Shown: piece by piece, positions 9,491 to 19,002 of the stretch
How positions within the stretch are numbered: the stretch's first letter is position 1
Layout of the letters: each line of letters opens with the position of its first letter
Notes under the pieces: generated by a model
Told to the model about the DNA's origin: nothing
What the model saw: the letters and a program-made list of their open reading frames with translations, nothing else
The model's database searches: none
From: Polyangia bacterium
Lineage (GTDB): Bacteria > Myxococcota_A > Polyangia > JAAYKL01
DNA: 27,104 nucleotides
NCBI GenBank assembly: GCA_050287845.1
Contig: JBNKCR010000053.1
Location: 1-27,104 of the forward strand
Direction: 5' to 3'
Translations under genes and position numbers: made by a program

Positions 9491-10831
9491 ATGAATATAC
9501 TATCTGATTTTTTTACGTATTTTCTCAGTTTTCAATCTTATGTGATGTTGCCAATTATTGTTTTTATTCTGGCAATGATTTTTCGCATAAAATTTGTGGT
9601 TGCGATTAAATCTTCATTGCAACTGGGCATTGCTTTTATTGGCATTTTTATGACATTCGATTTTTTTGTGAGCTTTGTCAATCCCGCCATGAAAGCGTTG
9701 ATCGAGAACTCAGGATTAAATATGCCTGTCCTCGATACAGGATGGCCTCCCCTGGCAGCCATTGCCTGGAATTATGACTGGGCGCCGATTTTACTCCTCA
9801 TTTTTATGGCAATAAATACGATTTTGCTGGTTACGCGTTTAACCAGCACCATCAATATCGACATCTGGAATTATTGGCATGTAATATTTTTGGCGGCACT
9901 TATTCATTTTACAACTGGAGAAGTGTGGATGGCTATCGTTTTTGCATCCATCAGCTTCATACTGGTTTTAAAACTGGCGGAATGGAGTGCACCGCTGACC
10001 AATAAACTGTCTGGAATGAAAGGGATCTGCATTCCTCACCTTTCCGGGATTATGCACTTTCCAATTGCAGTTTCACTGAACTGGCTATTGGATAAAATTC
10101 CATTTCTTCGCAAGTCAAAATCTGATCCGGAAACAATGAAAAAAAAGTTGGGCCTCCTGGGAGAACCGATGATCCTGGGACTGATTATGGGCATTGTTCT
10201 CGGGATCTTTGCCGAATATGATATCAAAGGCATCCTGAATATCGCCTTTCAGTTTGCAGCAGTCATTTTTATATTGCCTATGATGGGGGGTGTCCTTGGA
10301 TCTGCGCTTGTACCTGTTTCAGAAGGAATGAAGACCTTTATTGAGTCCAGATTTAAAAAAAGTTCTGATACATTCATTGGCCTGGATGTGGCAATCTTAT
10401 TTGGAATCCCTTCAGTACTGGTTGTCGCAATTTTATTGATGCCTGTTTCCATACTGCTGGCAATCGTATTGCCTGGCGTAAATTTTATACCGATAGGTGA
10501 TCTGACCAATTTACTCGTACCGGTAGGTATCATTTCTGTGGCAACCCGTGGGAATATGCTGAAGTCATTCATCATTGGCATTCCTGTCGTTGTCATTAAT
10601 CTGTATTACGCCTCAATGTTTGCGCCAGTTGTCACCGAAATGGCGACGGCAACGAATTATTCGATTAAAGGATATGATGGCGTATTTACCAGCTTCCTCG
10701 ACGCCGGAAATCCGTATCGCTCCTGGCTGACGAATTTGCTGCAGGGGGATACAACCAGTATCGCTCTTCTTCCCGCAGTTGCTGCTTTAATTATTTTCAC
10801 CTGGCGGATGAGCAAAAAAGCCAACGCTTGA
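9491..10831 (+). CDS. PTS galactitol-family (GatC/SgcC) EIIC membrane transporter, orphan in this window
   Basis: ATG 9491 follows AAGGAG. Many TM segments; motifs VMLPII, LDTGWPPLAAIAW, TINIDIWNYWH, LLGEPMILG, IGLDVA, LPGVNFIPIGDL. Confidence 0.88.
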   Translation: MNILSDFFTYFLSFQSYVMLPIIVFILAMIFRIKFVVAIKSSLQLGIAFIGIFMTFDFFVSFVNPAMKALIENSGLNMPVLDTGWPPLAAIAWNYDWAPILLLIFMAINTILLVTRLTSTINIDIWNYWHVIFLAALIHFTTGEVWMAIVFASISFILVLKLAEWSAPLTNKLSGMKGICIPHLSGIMHFPIAVSLNWLLDKIPFLRKSKSDPETMKKKLGLLGEPMILGLIMGIVLGIFAEYDIKGILNIAFQFAAVIFILPMMGGVLGSALVPVSEGMKTFIESRFKKSSDTFIGLDVAILFGIPSVLVVAILLMPVSILLAIVLPGVNFIPIGDLTNLLVPVGIISVATRGNMLKSFIIGIPVVVINLYYASMFAPVVTEMATATNYSIKGYDGVFTSFLDAGNPYRSWLTNLLQGDTTSIALLPAVAALIIFTWRMSKKANA

Positions 10832-10931
10832 GGGCACGGGGCGTATGACGGCGTCCACATCAGGATTGTTCGCACCTGGTGGAATCGGAGCTGTAATATC
10901 TGACGCGGACTTTTTTTGTGGTGTCGACCGG

Positions 10932-12074
10932 TTATTTGCCAACGTAACTGTATACCTTAATCCAGTCGTACACCGCTGCGGTCGGTGTTGAGGCATCACT
11001 GAGAGGACCAGCCCAGTCTGCGGCATCAGACGCCCATATGGTGAGAAGAATATTTTGAGGCAGTACAAGACGGGAGGCTTCCTCTGTGGCAGTGTACAAC
11101 AATTTGCCGTCCACTATAAAACGAACCTCATCCGGTACCCACTCAATAGTATACGTGTGAAATTCTTCAGTGGGATTGAACCCCAGCGATGCCATGTGGG
11201 GGTATTGACGATGATCAGTTTCCGGGTTTGCAGGGGGAATGTTAATCATGTGATTAAACTGAATCTGGTCATTGTTTTTGCCTAAATACTCAATGTCTAT
11301 TTCGTTCCAGTCGTCCGGAGGCCACGGTGTATAAATGGCCACCAATGAGGATACCACACCGGAACCAGTGGCGAATTTGCAGGATGCTTCGATTTTTCCA
11401 TACGTCAGCGTCCGAACAGAACGCATTTCAACTCCCCGATATGGTTTTTCACTGTCACCTGGTTCCTCTGTCAAATCAAGGAAAAGCAGACCATCTTCGA
11501 ATCGGGTATTTTCTGTGGAAAATTGTGCCACATTTCCATCCCAGCTATGTGTCATCAATTCCCATTTTGAACTGTCAAAGTCGTCGAACTCATCGGACCA
11601 TTGCAACACAAATTCACCCGAGTCTGAATCTGTATCGCTGTCTGTATCGCTGTCGCTGTCCGTATCACTGTCGCTGTCCGTGTCACTGTCGCTGTCCGTA
11701 TCACTGTCGCTGTCCGTATCACTGTCGCTGTCCGTATCACTATCACTGTCGCTGTCCGTGTCACTGTCGCTGTCCGTGTCACTGTCGCTGTCCGTGTCAC
11801 TGTCGCTGTCCGTGTCACTGTCGCTGTCCGTATCACTGTCGCTGTCCGTGTCGCTGTCGCTGTCCGTATCGCTGTCGCTGTCGCTGTCGCTGTCGCTGTC
11901 CGAGTCAGTGTCGCTGTCCGTGTCAGTGTCGCTGTCCGTGTCACTGTCGCTGTCCGTATCGCTGTCGCTGTTCGTATTATTCATCTCTATGTCGGGATTT
12001 TCCCCCGACCCACATCCGACTGCCAATAGCAATATGACAATCATAAGGCCCCTATTTTTCGTATCGGTTTTCAA
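10932..12074 (-). CDS. GH16 glycoside hydrolase (beta-glucanase/lichenase-like) lipoprotein with Asp-Ser/Thr linker
   Basis: TTG start after GAAGGAG; lipobox AVGC; WSDEFD, YGKIE, catalytic [20 protein letters not shown]. Confidence 0.92.
   Translation of the reverse strand: MKTDTKNRGLMIVILLLAVGCGSGENPDIEMNNTNSDSDTDSDSDTDSDTDTDSDTDSDSDSDSDSDSDTDSDSDTDSDSDTDSDSDTDSDSDTDSDSDTDSDSDTDSDSDSDTDSDSDTDSDSDTDSDSDTDSDSDTDSDSDTDSDTDSDSGEFVLQWSDEFDDFDSSKWELMTHSWDGNVAQFSTENTRFEDGLLFLDLTEEPGDSEKPYRGVEMRSVRTLTYGKIEASCKFATGSGVVSSLVAIYTPWPPDDWNEIDIEYLGKNNDQIQFNHMINIPPANPETDHRQYPHMASLGFNPTEEFHTYTIEWVPDEVRFIVDGKLLYTATEEASRLVLPQNILLTIWASDAADWAGPLSDASTPTAAVYDWIKVYSYVGK
11620..11970 (-). repeat. 18-nt-period coding tandem repeat encoding (DSDSDT)n
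   Basis: Plus-strand unit GT[A/G]TCACTGTCGCTGTCC repeated many times, in frame in the GH16 gene. Confidence 0.95.
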
Positions 12075-12151
12075 TATAGTTCTCCTTCCAGTTAATAATA
12101 AGAAAATAATTTTTAGTAATAAGTGGAATCGTTAGAAAATAACAGCTCAAA

Positions 12152-12179
12152 TAAGATCCACGCCTGAGGCGGGGTCTTA
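12152..12179 (-). terminator. Hairpin between the GH43 and GH16 genes (possible terminator or REP-like site)
   Basis: TAAGATCC-A-CGCC-TGA-GGCG-GGGTCTTA inverted repeat; only a short T-run follows on the minus strand. Confidence 0.35.
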
Positions 12180-12348
12180 AAACAATGGGGCTATTCGCCG
12201 CTACACGCCCGACCGTCAGCAACCGAAGTCAATCCCCGACCCGCACCAGTAAGCTACCATACCTGTCCCTTTTGTATGGCGAGGACCGGCATTCATCAGG
12301 ATTCACAGGTTTTAAAAGTGGGAGGAGATACAAACCTCGAAAATCGAA

Positions 12349-14565
12349 TCAGCGGTGGGGAACGAACCGGAGAGAAGAGATGCGCATGACCTCTCCATGG
12401 CCCCCCGTGACCTTCAGATACACCTCGTGCGTACCGGATGCCTTCAGTTTGCATCTGGTTGTCTTCCACGTCTCCCAATCGCCCGTGCCCCGGATGGTGC
12501 AACGCGCGATTCGCTTTCTGTTTGACGCGAGGGGATCAATCCAGACGTCTACCGTCCCGCCTTTGCCGGCAGCCGAACCGACCAATTCGATTGCCCTGGC
12601 GTTAATGCCTCCGCTGCCCAGATCGACGCTGCCGTACAGTGCCCATGTGTCGTCTTTCAGGCTCAGCACCGCCCCCCCCGCAGAAGCGCTCGATATCACG
12701 ATCGTACCGGACTGCTGGTCCGTCTCGGCGGCCGGCATTCCGGAGAATCCATCCCGGTACGTGAACAGATCAAAATCAGCGCGCCTGTTGGTTGCAAACA
12801 TACCGGCCTGATTGCCAATCCAGCTATGGGCCATGGCGTAGAAGCTGTCGAGTGCGCTCACGTCAATCTCGCCGCCCAGTTGTGTCCAGTGGCTGCGGTC
12901 CGTGCTGAACCAGGCGGTGGCCAAGTGGCGCGTGCGAGCCAGCTTCAGCCAGATGGTCGAGGCGCAAGGCGCTGGCGCTTCGTAGCGTACCACCTCCGAA
13001 TCGGCCAACTCGGTGTACGCCCCTCCTTCTTCAGCCGGAGGGACTACTGCCCGCGTCCGGTATGTAAAGCGAATCGTGTCAACGTTGTCTTCCATGACTC
13101 TGGCGACAGTCACCTCATAGATGGCCGGAAGCATGAACCCTTCCCCATCGGTCATCCAGGTTGGCGCGGAGATCACCTGTTCGTCTTCCCAATAGCCATT
13201 GCTGACAATCAGACCGGCTGCATCGCCCTCCGACCGGGGCTTGAAGTCCATCCTGGCAACGATATTGCTGGATCGGAGCGCGTCCTTCTGTACCACCCTT
13301 GTAGACTCGCCGGAATTCGGACTGATTCGGAGCCACCCTCGGCGATCCGTGACCGAATACTTGTCCTCTGATTGACCAAATGTGGTCCACGCGGGCTGGA
13401 GAGTGCGCGATCTGAAACTGTCACTCACGGGCACGAGAAATGGGATATCGCTCTCCGGAAGGTCTGGCGCCGGTAAGTTGCGCGTCCGGGTATCGTACTG
13501 CGGAATCGGGATAATTTCTCCATCGACCTCCTGATCAACCCATGTCACCTGGAGGAGCAATCCTTCGCGCGCCAATCCCATCCACTCACCATTGGAATGC
13601 TCCTGCGTGCCAACACCTGAGCAATCATAGGAATGTGCAAAGACCCACCATGTACCGTCCTCAAGCGCCATGGGCGCGGTGCTGTGTTGAACGCCGGCAT
13701 AAGGCTCTTCACCGGTCAGTACATAGCCCAGCCATTTCCAATCTTCGGGCGTGCTGCCAACGAGTTTCTTCGACGCCCATGCATGCATCTGGCCGCCGCA
13801 AGCCGTGTGAGTGGATACAAAATAGTAGTACCAGTCCCCGCGCCTGGCCATGACCGGCCCTTCGCTCCATTTGCTCCAGTCCGGGTCGCCGAAATTGCCG
13901 CACCCCCCCGTTGTCTGGTCCCAGTTGACAAAGCTCATGTCAATGGTGGTCTCCGGCAGGAGCATCCCGGTATCAGGATCGATTTCCGTCACCAGATTGA
14001 TGCCAAAGTCATTCGGATGATCCGCATCCCATTGACATATACCGTTTTTGATAAGCATATATGTCTTGCCGCTTTCGGGATCGGTGAACACTGAATTGTC
14101 AGATCCCGTTCCCCGGTCGTAGGCGATCTCACTGCCCGGCGGGGTGTAGGGAAAGGCATTGACCTTGACGGGCGCCGACCATGGCCCCTCCAGACGGGGT
14201 GCCGATGAGAAATATTGCGTGGCGCCAATAGCGTAGTAAATCCGATAGATGTCGCCGGCTTTGACAATGAAGGCCCCCCAGGTTCCCTGTCCCGGGTCGA
14301 GCTGATCATTCAGTGCCGCGGCCGTTGAAGGGATAACACGGGTCAACCGCTCCCAATGCAGCAGATCCGTCGAGTGCAGAATTTCGAGTGCGGGCATCAT
14401 GTGGAAGTTGGAGCCGACGATATAGAAGTCTCCTCCTTCGCGGTAGATATTCATATCCGCGTGGTTGCCGGGTAAAACCGGATTGTCATAGGTCTTCGCG
14501 CAGCCAGCGAAAAGCATTCCGATTACCAGAAGCACTGCCAGCTTTGCTGCGTTGCGTCGATTCAT
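12349..14565 (-). CDS. GH43 beta-xylosidase/arabinofuranosidase lipoprotein with GH43 C-terminal beta-sandwich and CBM6
   Basis: ATG 14565 follows GGGAGA; lipobox FAGC. NPVLPGNHAD (base Asp), STDLLHW, GTWG, GSDNSVF, WSEGP (acid Glu). C-terminal YGSVDLGSG...TGDWETWKT...GTHEVYL is CBM6-like. Confidence 0.9.
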   Translation of the reverse strand: MNRRNAAKLAVLLVIGMLFAGCAKTYDNPVLPGNHADMNIYREGGDFYIVGSNFHMMPALEILHSTDLLHWERLTRVIPSTAAALNDQLDPGQGTWGAFIVKAGDIYRIYYAIGATQYFSSAPRLEGPWSAPVKVNAFPYTPPGSEIAYDRGTGSDNSVFTDPESGKTYMLIKNGICQWDADHPNDFGINLVTEIDPDTGMLLPETTIDMSFVNWDQTTGGCGNFGDPDWSKWSEGPVMARRGDWYYYFVSTHTACGGQMHAWASKKLVGSTPEDWKWLGYVLTGEEPYAGVQHSTAPMALEDGTWWVFAHSYDCSGVGTQEHSNGEWMGLAREGLLLQVTWVDQEVDGEIIPIPQYDTRTRNLPAPDLPESDIPFLVPVSDSFRSRTLQPAWTTFGQSEDKYSVTDRRGWLRISPNSGESTRVVQKDALRSSNIVARMDFKPRSEGDAAGLIVSNGYWEDEQVISAPTWMTDGEGFMLPAIYEVTVARVMEDNVDTIRFTYRTRAVVPPAEEGGAYTELADSEVVRYEAPAPCASTIWLKLARTRHLATAWFSTDRSHWTQLGGEIDVSALDSFYAMAHSWIGNQAGMFATNRRADFDLFTYRDGFSGMPAAETDQQSGTIVISSASAGGAVLSLKDDTWALYGSVDLGSGGINARAIELVGSAAGKGGTVDVWIDPLASNRKRIARCTIRGTGDWETWKTTRCKLKASGTHEVYLKVTGGHGEVMRISSLRFVPHR

Positions 14566-15200
14566 CACTTTCTCCCATTCTGAGCGCATTCTCTGCGCTC
14601 GTTTGTGTTGCCGGAATGATCTGTGATACTCCCGTTCGAACGCTTGCGGAGCTGGGTCAGGCTGTCCAGCGTATCTTTGGATGAAATCAGATTCTGATTG
14701 TGAACGGTATCTTTTTCTTCCCCAATTCTGAGTCACAGTCAAGCCAGGAATGAAAGGTATTTCGAATAAAATACATTCATCGCGTCGGCGCCTGAAAATG
14801 TATCGTATCGGAACCGGAAAACAGCCGCTCAACCGCCTTGAAAACAGCCACAAATCCATTCCAATAAAAACAATCCAACAGGCATGAAACTCGAACCATT
14901 TTATTTCAGGGACGGCGATGTACAGTTCACAAAACGAATCGATTCTGCTGTCAATTACATTTTTGAGTGCAGGGACTGTGCTGATAACTATTCAAGCGTA
15001 CTTTTCTGACAGATCTGGAACTCCACGGTCCCACGGCGCAACAACAACGGTGTGTGGTTTCTGGCACTATCCTGTACCAGGTACTGCAACAATCCTGCCC
15101 CCTGGTCCATCACCATCCTGAAAACATGCGATGAATAAATCCATCCATTTGCACTTCCGTTCCACACTTCCCAAACATCCACAGGCGGGATGCTGCCCGG

Positions 15201-16610
15201 CTATATCTGAAATATGGTTTGAGCGTCTTTTTCCCAGTTGTCAAAAAGAAATGCTTCGTGTCTGTTGTCGGCTATCAGCCGCAGGGCGTAACGCACCTGG
15301 TGCTCGTACAGTTCGCAAAAGGCTCCTGGCGTATTCATGCCACCATTCATCTCATGTGCTTCGGCAGGACATGGAGAACCACAGAAATGACGTACCGCAC
15401 AGGATTTGCATGGGGTGATGGTGTCCACATTGCGCTCACTCACCTTCTTGAATGGCGTGCTTTTCAGAACATCGTCGATTGGGTCTGCGAAGATGTTTCC
15501 GCCACAGAATTGTGGCAATCCGATAAACTCGCTGCACGGAAACAGATCGCCATTGGGCGCTACCGCAAAAAAGCATCGACCACCGCCACAGGGAGAGATG
15601 TCACACATTAATCTACGCGCCGTGGGCGCTATGATGCCAAGCAGAATGTTGGCAAAGTTGGCCACCACCAGCTTTCGCCCGGTCTCCTCATACAGCTCAA
15701 CACTTTTTTCAAGGGCGCTCAGATAGTACCGGGAGAGTTCATGGTCTGCCGGCTTCACATCCCGTGCTCCCGGCAACGTACAGCGCACCGGATTGAGCAT
15801 GCAGGTTTCAACGTTCATCTGATGCAGCAACGTCACAATCTGTGGAAGAAATTTCATATTCTGTGTGGTGGCGGTGCAAATCACATTGAATCGCTCGTAT
15901 CCTTTCAACTTTTCAATGGCTAAAATCACCTGGTCGTGAACTCCGCTTTCATCGGTCCAGTTTTTCCGTGTCGCGTCAGTCACCTTTGCCTCATGACCGT
16001 CTAATGACAGGCCAATTCCAACATTGTGTTTGCGTAAAAACGAAATGGCGCTATCATCCAGCAGCGTGGCGTTGGTCTGAATGCCAAAATTGAAATCTGC
16101 GCCAAACGTTTCGATGCCTTCAAATACCGCTTCCCTGTTGAGCATTGGCTCCGCGCCGTGAAAAATCACCTGTGGGCGTCTATGAGCGGGCACGTTTTTC
16201 CCAAGAAATGTTCGCAACCGATCAAGGGTGTCCAACAGCCGCTCCGTACACATGTGTTCCCCTCCGCGACGCATATCCGCGGGAATATAGCAGTAACTGC
16301 AGTTGAGATTGCACCGCTCGGTGGGATTGAAATATACGGCCGAGGGTTTCAGACCAAAGCGCAGGATTTCCATCTCCTCAGCGAAGACACTTGCGTGCGC
16401 AATATACTCCCTCATCAACGAACTGCCTTCGGCGAGCACCTCTGAAAGTTGTTCCTTTTTTACCAGCGACCAGAACGCAGTGTCGGCCGCGAGTAGACCG
16501 ATATACTTTGCGTGACCGATATCCACGGGAACAAAAGACGGTCCATTGCCACTGTTTGCCAGATACCCCCGGGATGAAGCGGCGGTCCTGTTATCTGAGA
16601 TGGCGCTCAT
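15201..16610 (-). CDS. cbpB: Peptide-modifying radical SAM/SPASM enzyme, CbpB family
   Basis: CNLNCSYC, FHGAEPML, SPASM cysteines CDISPCGGGRCFF...PCSEF...CKSCAVRHFCGSPCPAE...FCELY. N-terminal DIGH...DTAFWSL segment. ATGA-coupled to the upstream peptide. Confidence 0.9.
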   Translation of the reverse strand: MSAISDNRTAASSRGYLANSGNGPSFVPVDIGHAKYIGLLAADTAFWSLVKKEQLSEVLAEGSSLMREYIAHASVFAEEMEILRFGLKPSAVYFNPTERCNLNCSYCYIPADMRRGGEHMCTERLLDTLDRLRTFLGKNVPAHRRPQVIFHGAEPMLNREAVFEGIETFGADFNFGIQTNATLLDDSAISFLRKHNVGIGLSLDGHEAKVTDATRKNWTDESGVHDQVILAIEKLKGYERFNVICTATTQNMKFLPQIVTLLHQMNVETCMLNPVRCTLPGARDVKPADHELSRYYLSALEKSVELYEETGRKLVVANFANILLGIIAPTARRLMCDISPCGGGRCFFAVAPNGDLFPCSEFIGLPQFCGGNIFADPIDDVLKSTPFKKVSERNVDTITPCKSCAVRHFCGSPCPAEAHEMNGGMNTPGAFCELYEHQVRYALRLIADNRHEAFLFDNWEKDAQTIFQI

Positions 16611-16762
16611 TTGTCTTCGGTTTCAGAAAGAATATAATGAGACAATCCGGTGCCACTGGCATCACAGCTTTTGCGAAATGCGATGATGTCGGCATTGCCC
16701 GCTCTTTCAGGGGTCTCGTCGTTATTCTGTTCAAGGGGCTGTTCCAGGGATGATTCAGTCAT
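16607..16762 (-). CDS. cbpA: 51-aa modified-peptide precursor, CbpA family
   Basis: ATG 16762 follows AGAGGAG. Sequence MTESSLEQPLEQNNDETPERAGNADIIAFRKSCDASGTGLSHYILSETEDK carries the IA(F/Y)RK.C...GTGLSHYIL signature; stop overlaps the cbpB start. Confidence 0.88.
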   Translation of the reverse strand: MTESSLEQPLEQNNDETPERAGNADIIAFRKSCDASGTGLSHYILSETEDK

Positions 16763-16796
16763 TTTAATCTCCTCTGGTGCTGTAAAACCGCAGTGG

Positions 16797-16833
16797 GGGT
16801 CTTGACAGCACGCAATGCGTTTTGTCAAAACCC
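16797..16833 (-). promoter_or_regulatory. Hairpin in the riboswitch expression platform
   Basis: Plus-strand GGGTCTTGACAGCACGCAATGCGTTTTGTCAAAACCC is an imperfect inverted repeat between the aptamer and the cbpA RBS. Confidence 0.55.
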
Positions 16834-16854
16834 TTTACCGTCAGGTTTGATGGA

Positions 16855-17020
16855 ATACCGGTTCAGCTCGTCTTCTGGCTTTCGGGTCATCCGAGGAAGT
16901 GCACCTTCCCAACAGAATGTTTCTGTCAGTGGCTGGCCAAAGGCCCTGCAGTCCCCGTCACCGATTACAGCGGTGGGTCCGCCACGGATTCTCACCGTGT
17001 TCCGTTCTGCTGAAACCGTC
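16855..17020 (-). ncRNA. Cobalamin (B12) riboswitch
   Basis: Minus strand reads GGAAcacGGTGagAATCCgtggCgGaCCCacCGCTGTAA ... GCCACTG ... GGGAAGG ... B12 box AGCCAGAAGAC. Closing stem CGGTTTCAGC pairs with GCTGAACCG. Confidence 0.9.
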
Positions 17021-17329
17021 GTTTCAAAAAAGGTGAAAGAGATTTACGTAAAAAAGCAGACCAGTCAACGCCATATCGCACGAAATCATGCAGGACGGTG
17101 CTCACGTTCTGAATAATCGTTTCCAGGTTCGATTAACTGAAGCGAAACTATTCCCAACGCTTCCGGATGGCGACCTTCAAGCCGGACGCCCACAGACCGA
17201 ATTTCGCATCGGATTTTATATCGTATATTCTGGGTAGTCGAACGCGTTGTCGGCAGATATATAAACAGATCCCGATATTCTTCGGTACTCAGTGAGTTTC
17301 CTTTTGCATTAAATTTTCAACAAAACCAT

Positions 17330-17359
17330 TTGACACGAAAAATTTGCGCAGGACATAAT
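17330..17359 (+). promoter_or_regulatory. sigma70-type promoter for the CotH gene
   Basis: TTGACA (17330..17335), 18 nt spacer, CATAAT (17354..17359), about 100 nt before ATG 17463. Confidence 0.55.
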
Positions 17360-17462
17360 CATGTCACCGTATCAAACCACTTCAGGGGTTCGTGTTTTCT
17401 TTCTGAGAAATCATGATACGGAATCGCTCATTCCACAAAAAAAGTCACAGGAGGAAATCGTT

Positions 17463-18893
17463 ATGAAAAAGTGTGCATGGTTTACCATTGTTATTCAACT
17501 TCCATTTTTATTCGCACTGCCTCTGGTGATTGGGTGCGAGTCGGACAGTCCAGATGGAAAAACAAAAAGACCGTTCTATACAGACATCCCCGCCACTCGC
17601 GACTGTCTTCAGATGGAGGATGCCACTCTTGCCAATGCAGATGCCGATTTGCTGTTCAACTACGATCATGTACCGGTTTTTGACATCTTTCTACCGCCGG
17701 AAAAATGGGATGCGCTGCTGGTGAATGCGAGAAACGAAGAGTATGCGGAGGTGGATGCCTGTTTCGAAGGGAAGGCCATCGGGAAAATCGGACTTCGCTT
17801 CAAAGGCGGAAACAGTACATTGTTCAGCTGCTTCGACGAGAACAACAACCTGATCTGTCCCCGCCTCAGTATGAAAATGAAATTCAGTGAGTATGAGGAT
17901 GACAAGCGTTTTTTTGGACTCAAGCGACTCAATCTTCAGGCCAATCGATGGGATGCCAGTATGATGAGAGAAAAACTCGCGTATGATGCATATCGCGAAA
18001 TGGGCATTGCAGCCCCCCGCGCCTCGTGGGCAATGGTGCGGGTCAACGGCAAGTCACAGGGATTGTACGGCACCGTGGAAGCCATCGATGGTCGATTCAC
18101 CGCAGACCGATGGCCGAATTATCCCGATGGCAATCTGTACAAAGAAGTCTGGCCGCTGGATTACGAACCAACATATATCACCGACAATCTTAAAACCAAT
18201 GAGGACGAAGGGAACATCGACGATATGCTTTCACTTTCAGGTGCGATGGTCGCTGCTATCGGCAACCCTGCAGAGTTACAGCAACTCGTGAAAACCCATA
18301 CCGACCTCAATTACTGGGCGCGCTTTCTGGCGGTAGGGGATGCAATCGGCACCTGCGACGACGAGACCATCTTTTATGAAATAAAAGAGATTCCTGGCCT
18401 GAATCATAACCACAACTATTATTTCTATGCAGATGCACCCGAACATTTCTCAATCATTCCATGGGATCTGGATTGCTCATTCAATGTACTGACCGACAAC
18501 CCGGCGCCGCCGCCCCACTGGACCGAAGCACAGCAGGATTGCAGCCAATACTACGACTACTGGAATGGTCTCCGTATCGGGGCACCGGCCTGTGATCCAA
18601 TATTCGCTGCACTGAATTCCGAAGCAACCCATGTACAGGCCTGGCGCGCCGCCGCACAGGAACTGCTCAATGGTCCCTTTGCCATTCAAACCATGTTGAA
18701 TACCATCGACAGACACGTGAAGTTTATTGGCCGAGAAGTAAATACCATCGAAACCAAATCCGCATATCCCGTTGTGACATTCAAAGAGGATGTCGACTAT
18801 ATCAAATGGGTCATTCCTGAACGGCACAATATGCTGGCACGCCGGATAAACACCACCCCCCCTCCACTCCCCGGGGCCCATGAGGTCCCTTGA
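17463..18893 (+). CDS. CotH kinase family lipoprotein
   Basis: ATG 17463 follows AGGAGG; lipobox VIGC; IGLRFKGG, RFFGLKRLNL, MMREKLAY, GIAAPR, GLY..VE, GNLYK, HNYYFY, IIPWDLD. Confidence 0.88.
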   Translation: MKKCAWFTIVIQLPFLFALPLVIGCESDSPDGKTKRPFYTDIPATRDCLQMEDATLANADADLLFNYDHVPVFDIFLPPEKWDALLVNARNEEYAEVDACFEGKAIGKIGLRFKGGNSTLFSCFDENNNLICPRLSMKMKFSEYEDDKRFFGLKRLNLQANRWDASMMREKLAYDAYREMGIAAPRASWAMVRVNGKSQGLYGTVEAIDGRFTADRWPNYPDGNLYKEVWPLDYEPTYITDNLKTNEDEGNIDDMLSLSGAMVAAIGNPAELQQLVKTHTDLNYWARFLAVGDAIGTCDDETIFYEIKEIPGLNHNHNYYFYADAPEHFSIIPWDLDCSFNVLTDNPAPPPHWTEAQQDCSQYYDYWNGLRIGAPACDPIFAALNSEATHVQAWRAAAQELLNGPFAIQTMLNTIDRHVKFIGREVNTIETKSAYPVVTFKEDVDYIKWVIPERHNMLARRINTTPPPLPGAHEVP

Positions 18894-19002
18894 TTCCTTC
18901 AGGTCCCTTTCGGCCTTTTTCTTTTCCAGCTGGTTATCCATTACGTCCTCCGGACACAATGTGCTAAAATAATGATTTCGATCTGTTTCACGGGAGGCTC
19001 TG

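Noticed and set aside
11327..12135. Cys/Arg-rich and Ser/Leu/Val-rich ORFs (also 1077..1475, 1089..1400, 1105..1350, 11555..11944) that resemble Cys-rich RiPP precursors
   Set aside because: Alternative-frame readings of the Asp-Ser/Thr tandem repeats.
14566..14859. Long N-terminal extensions in the ORF track (GH43; also 272, 5742, 9449, 17361, 20832, 25859 starts)
   Set aside because: Downstream starts have clear RBSs or ATGA coupling and, for the exported proteins, place the signal peptide at the N-terminus.
14988..15182. 64-aa ORF downstream of cbpB as a third operon gene
   Set aside because: Weak start context and no recognisable features; not supported, though not excluded.
16763..16828. 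Longer 73-aa start for cbpA (MTKRIACCQDPHC...)
   Set aside because: The TTG lies inside the expression-platform hairpin, while ATG 16762 has a strong AGAGGAG RBS.
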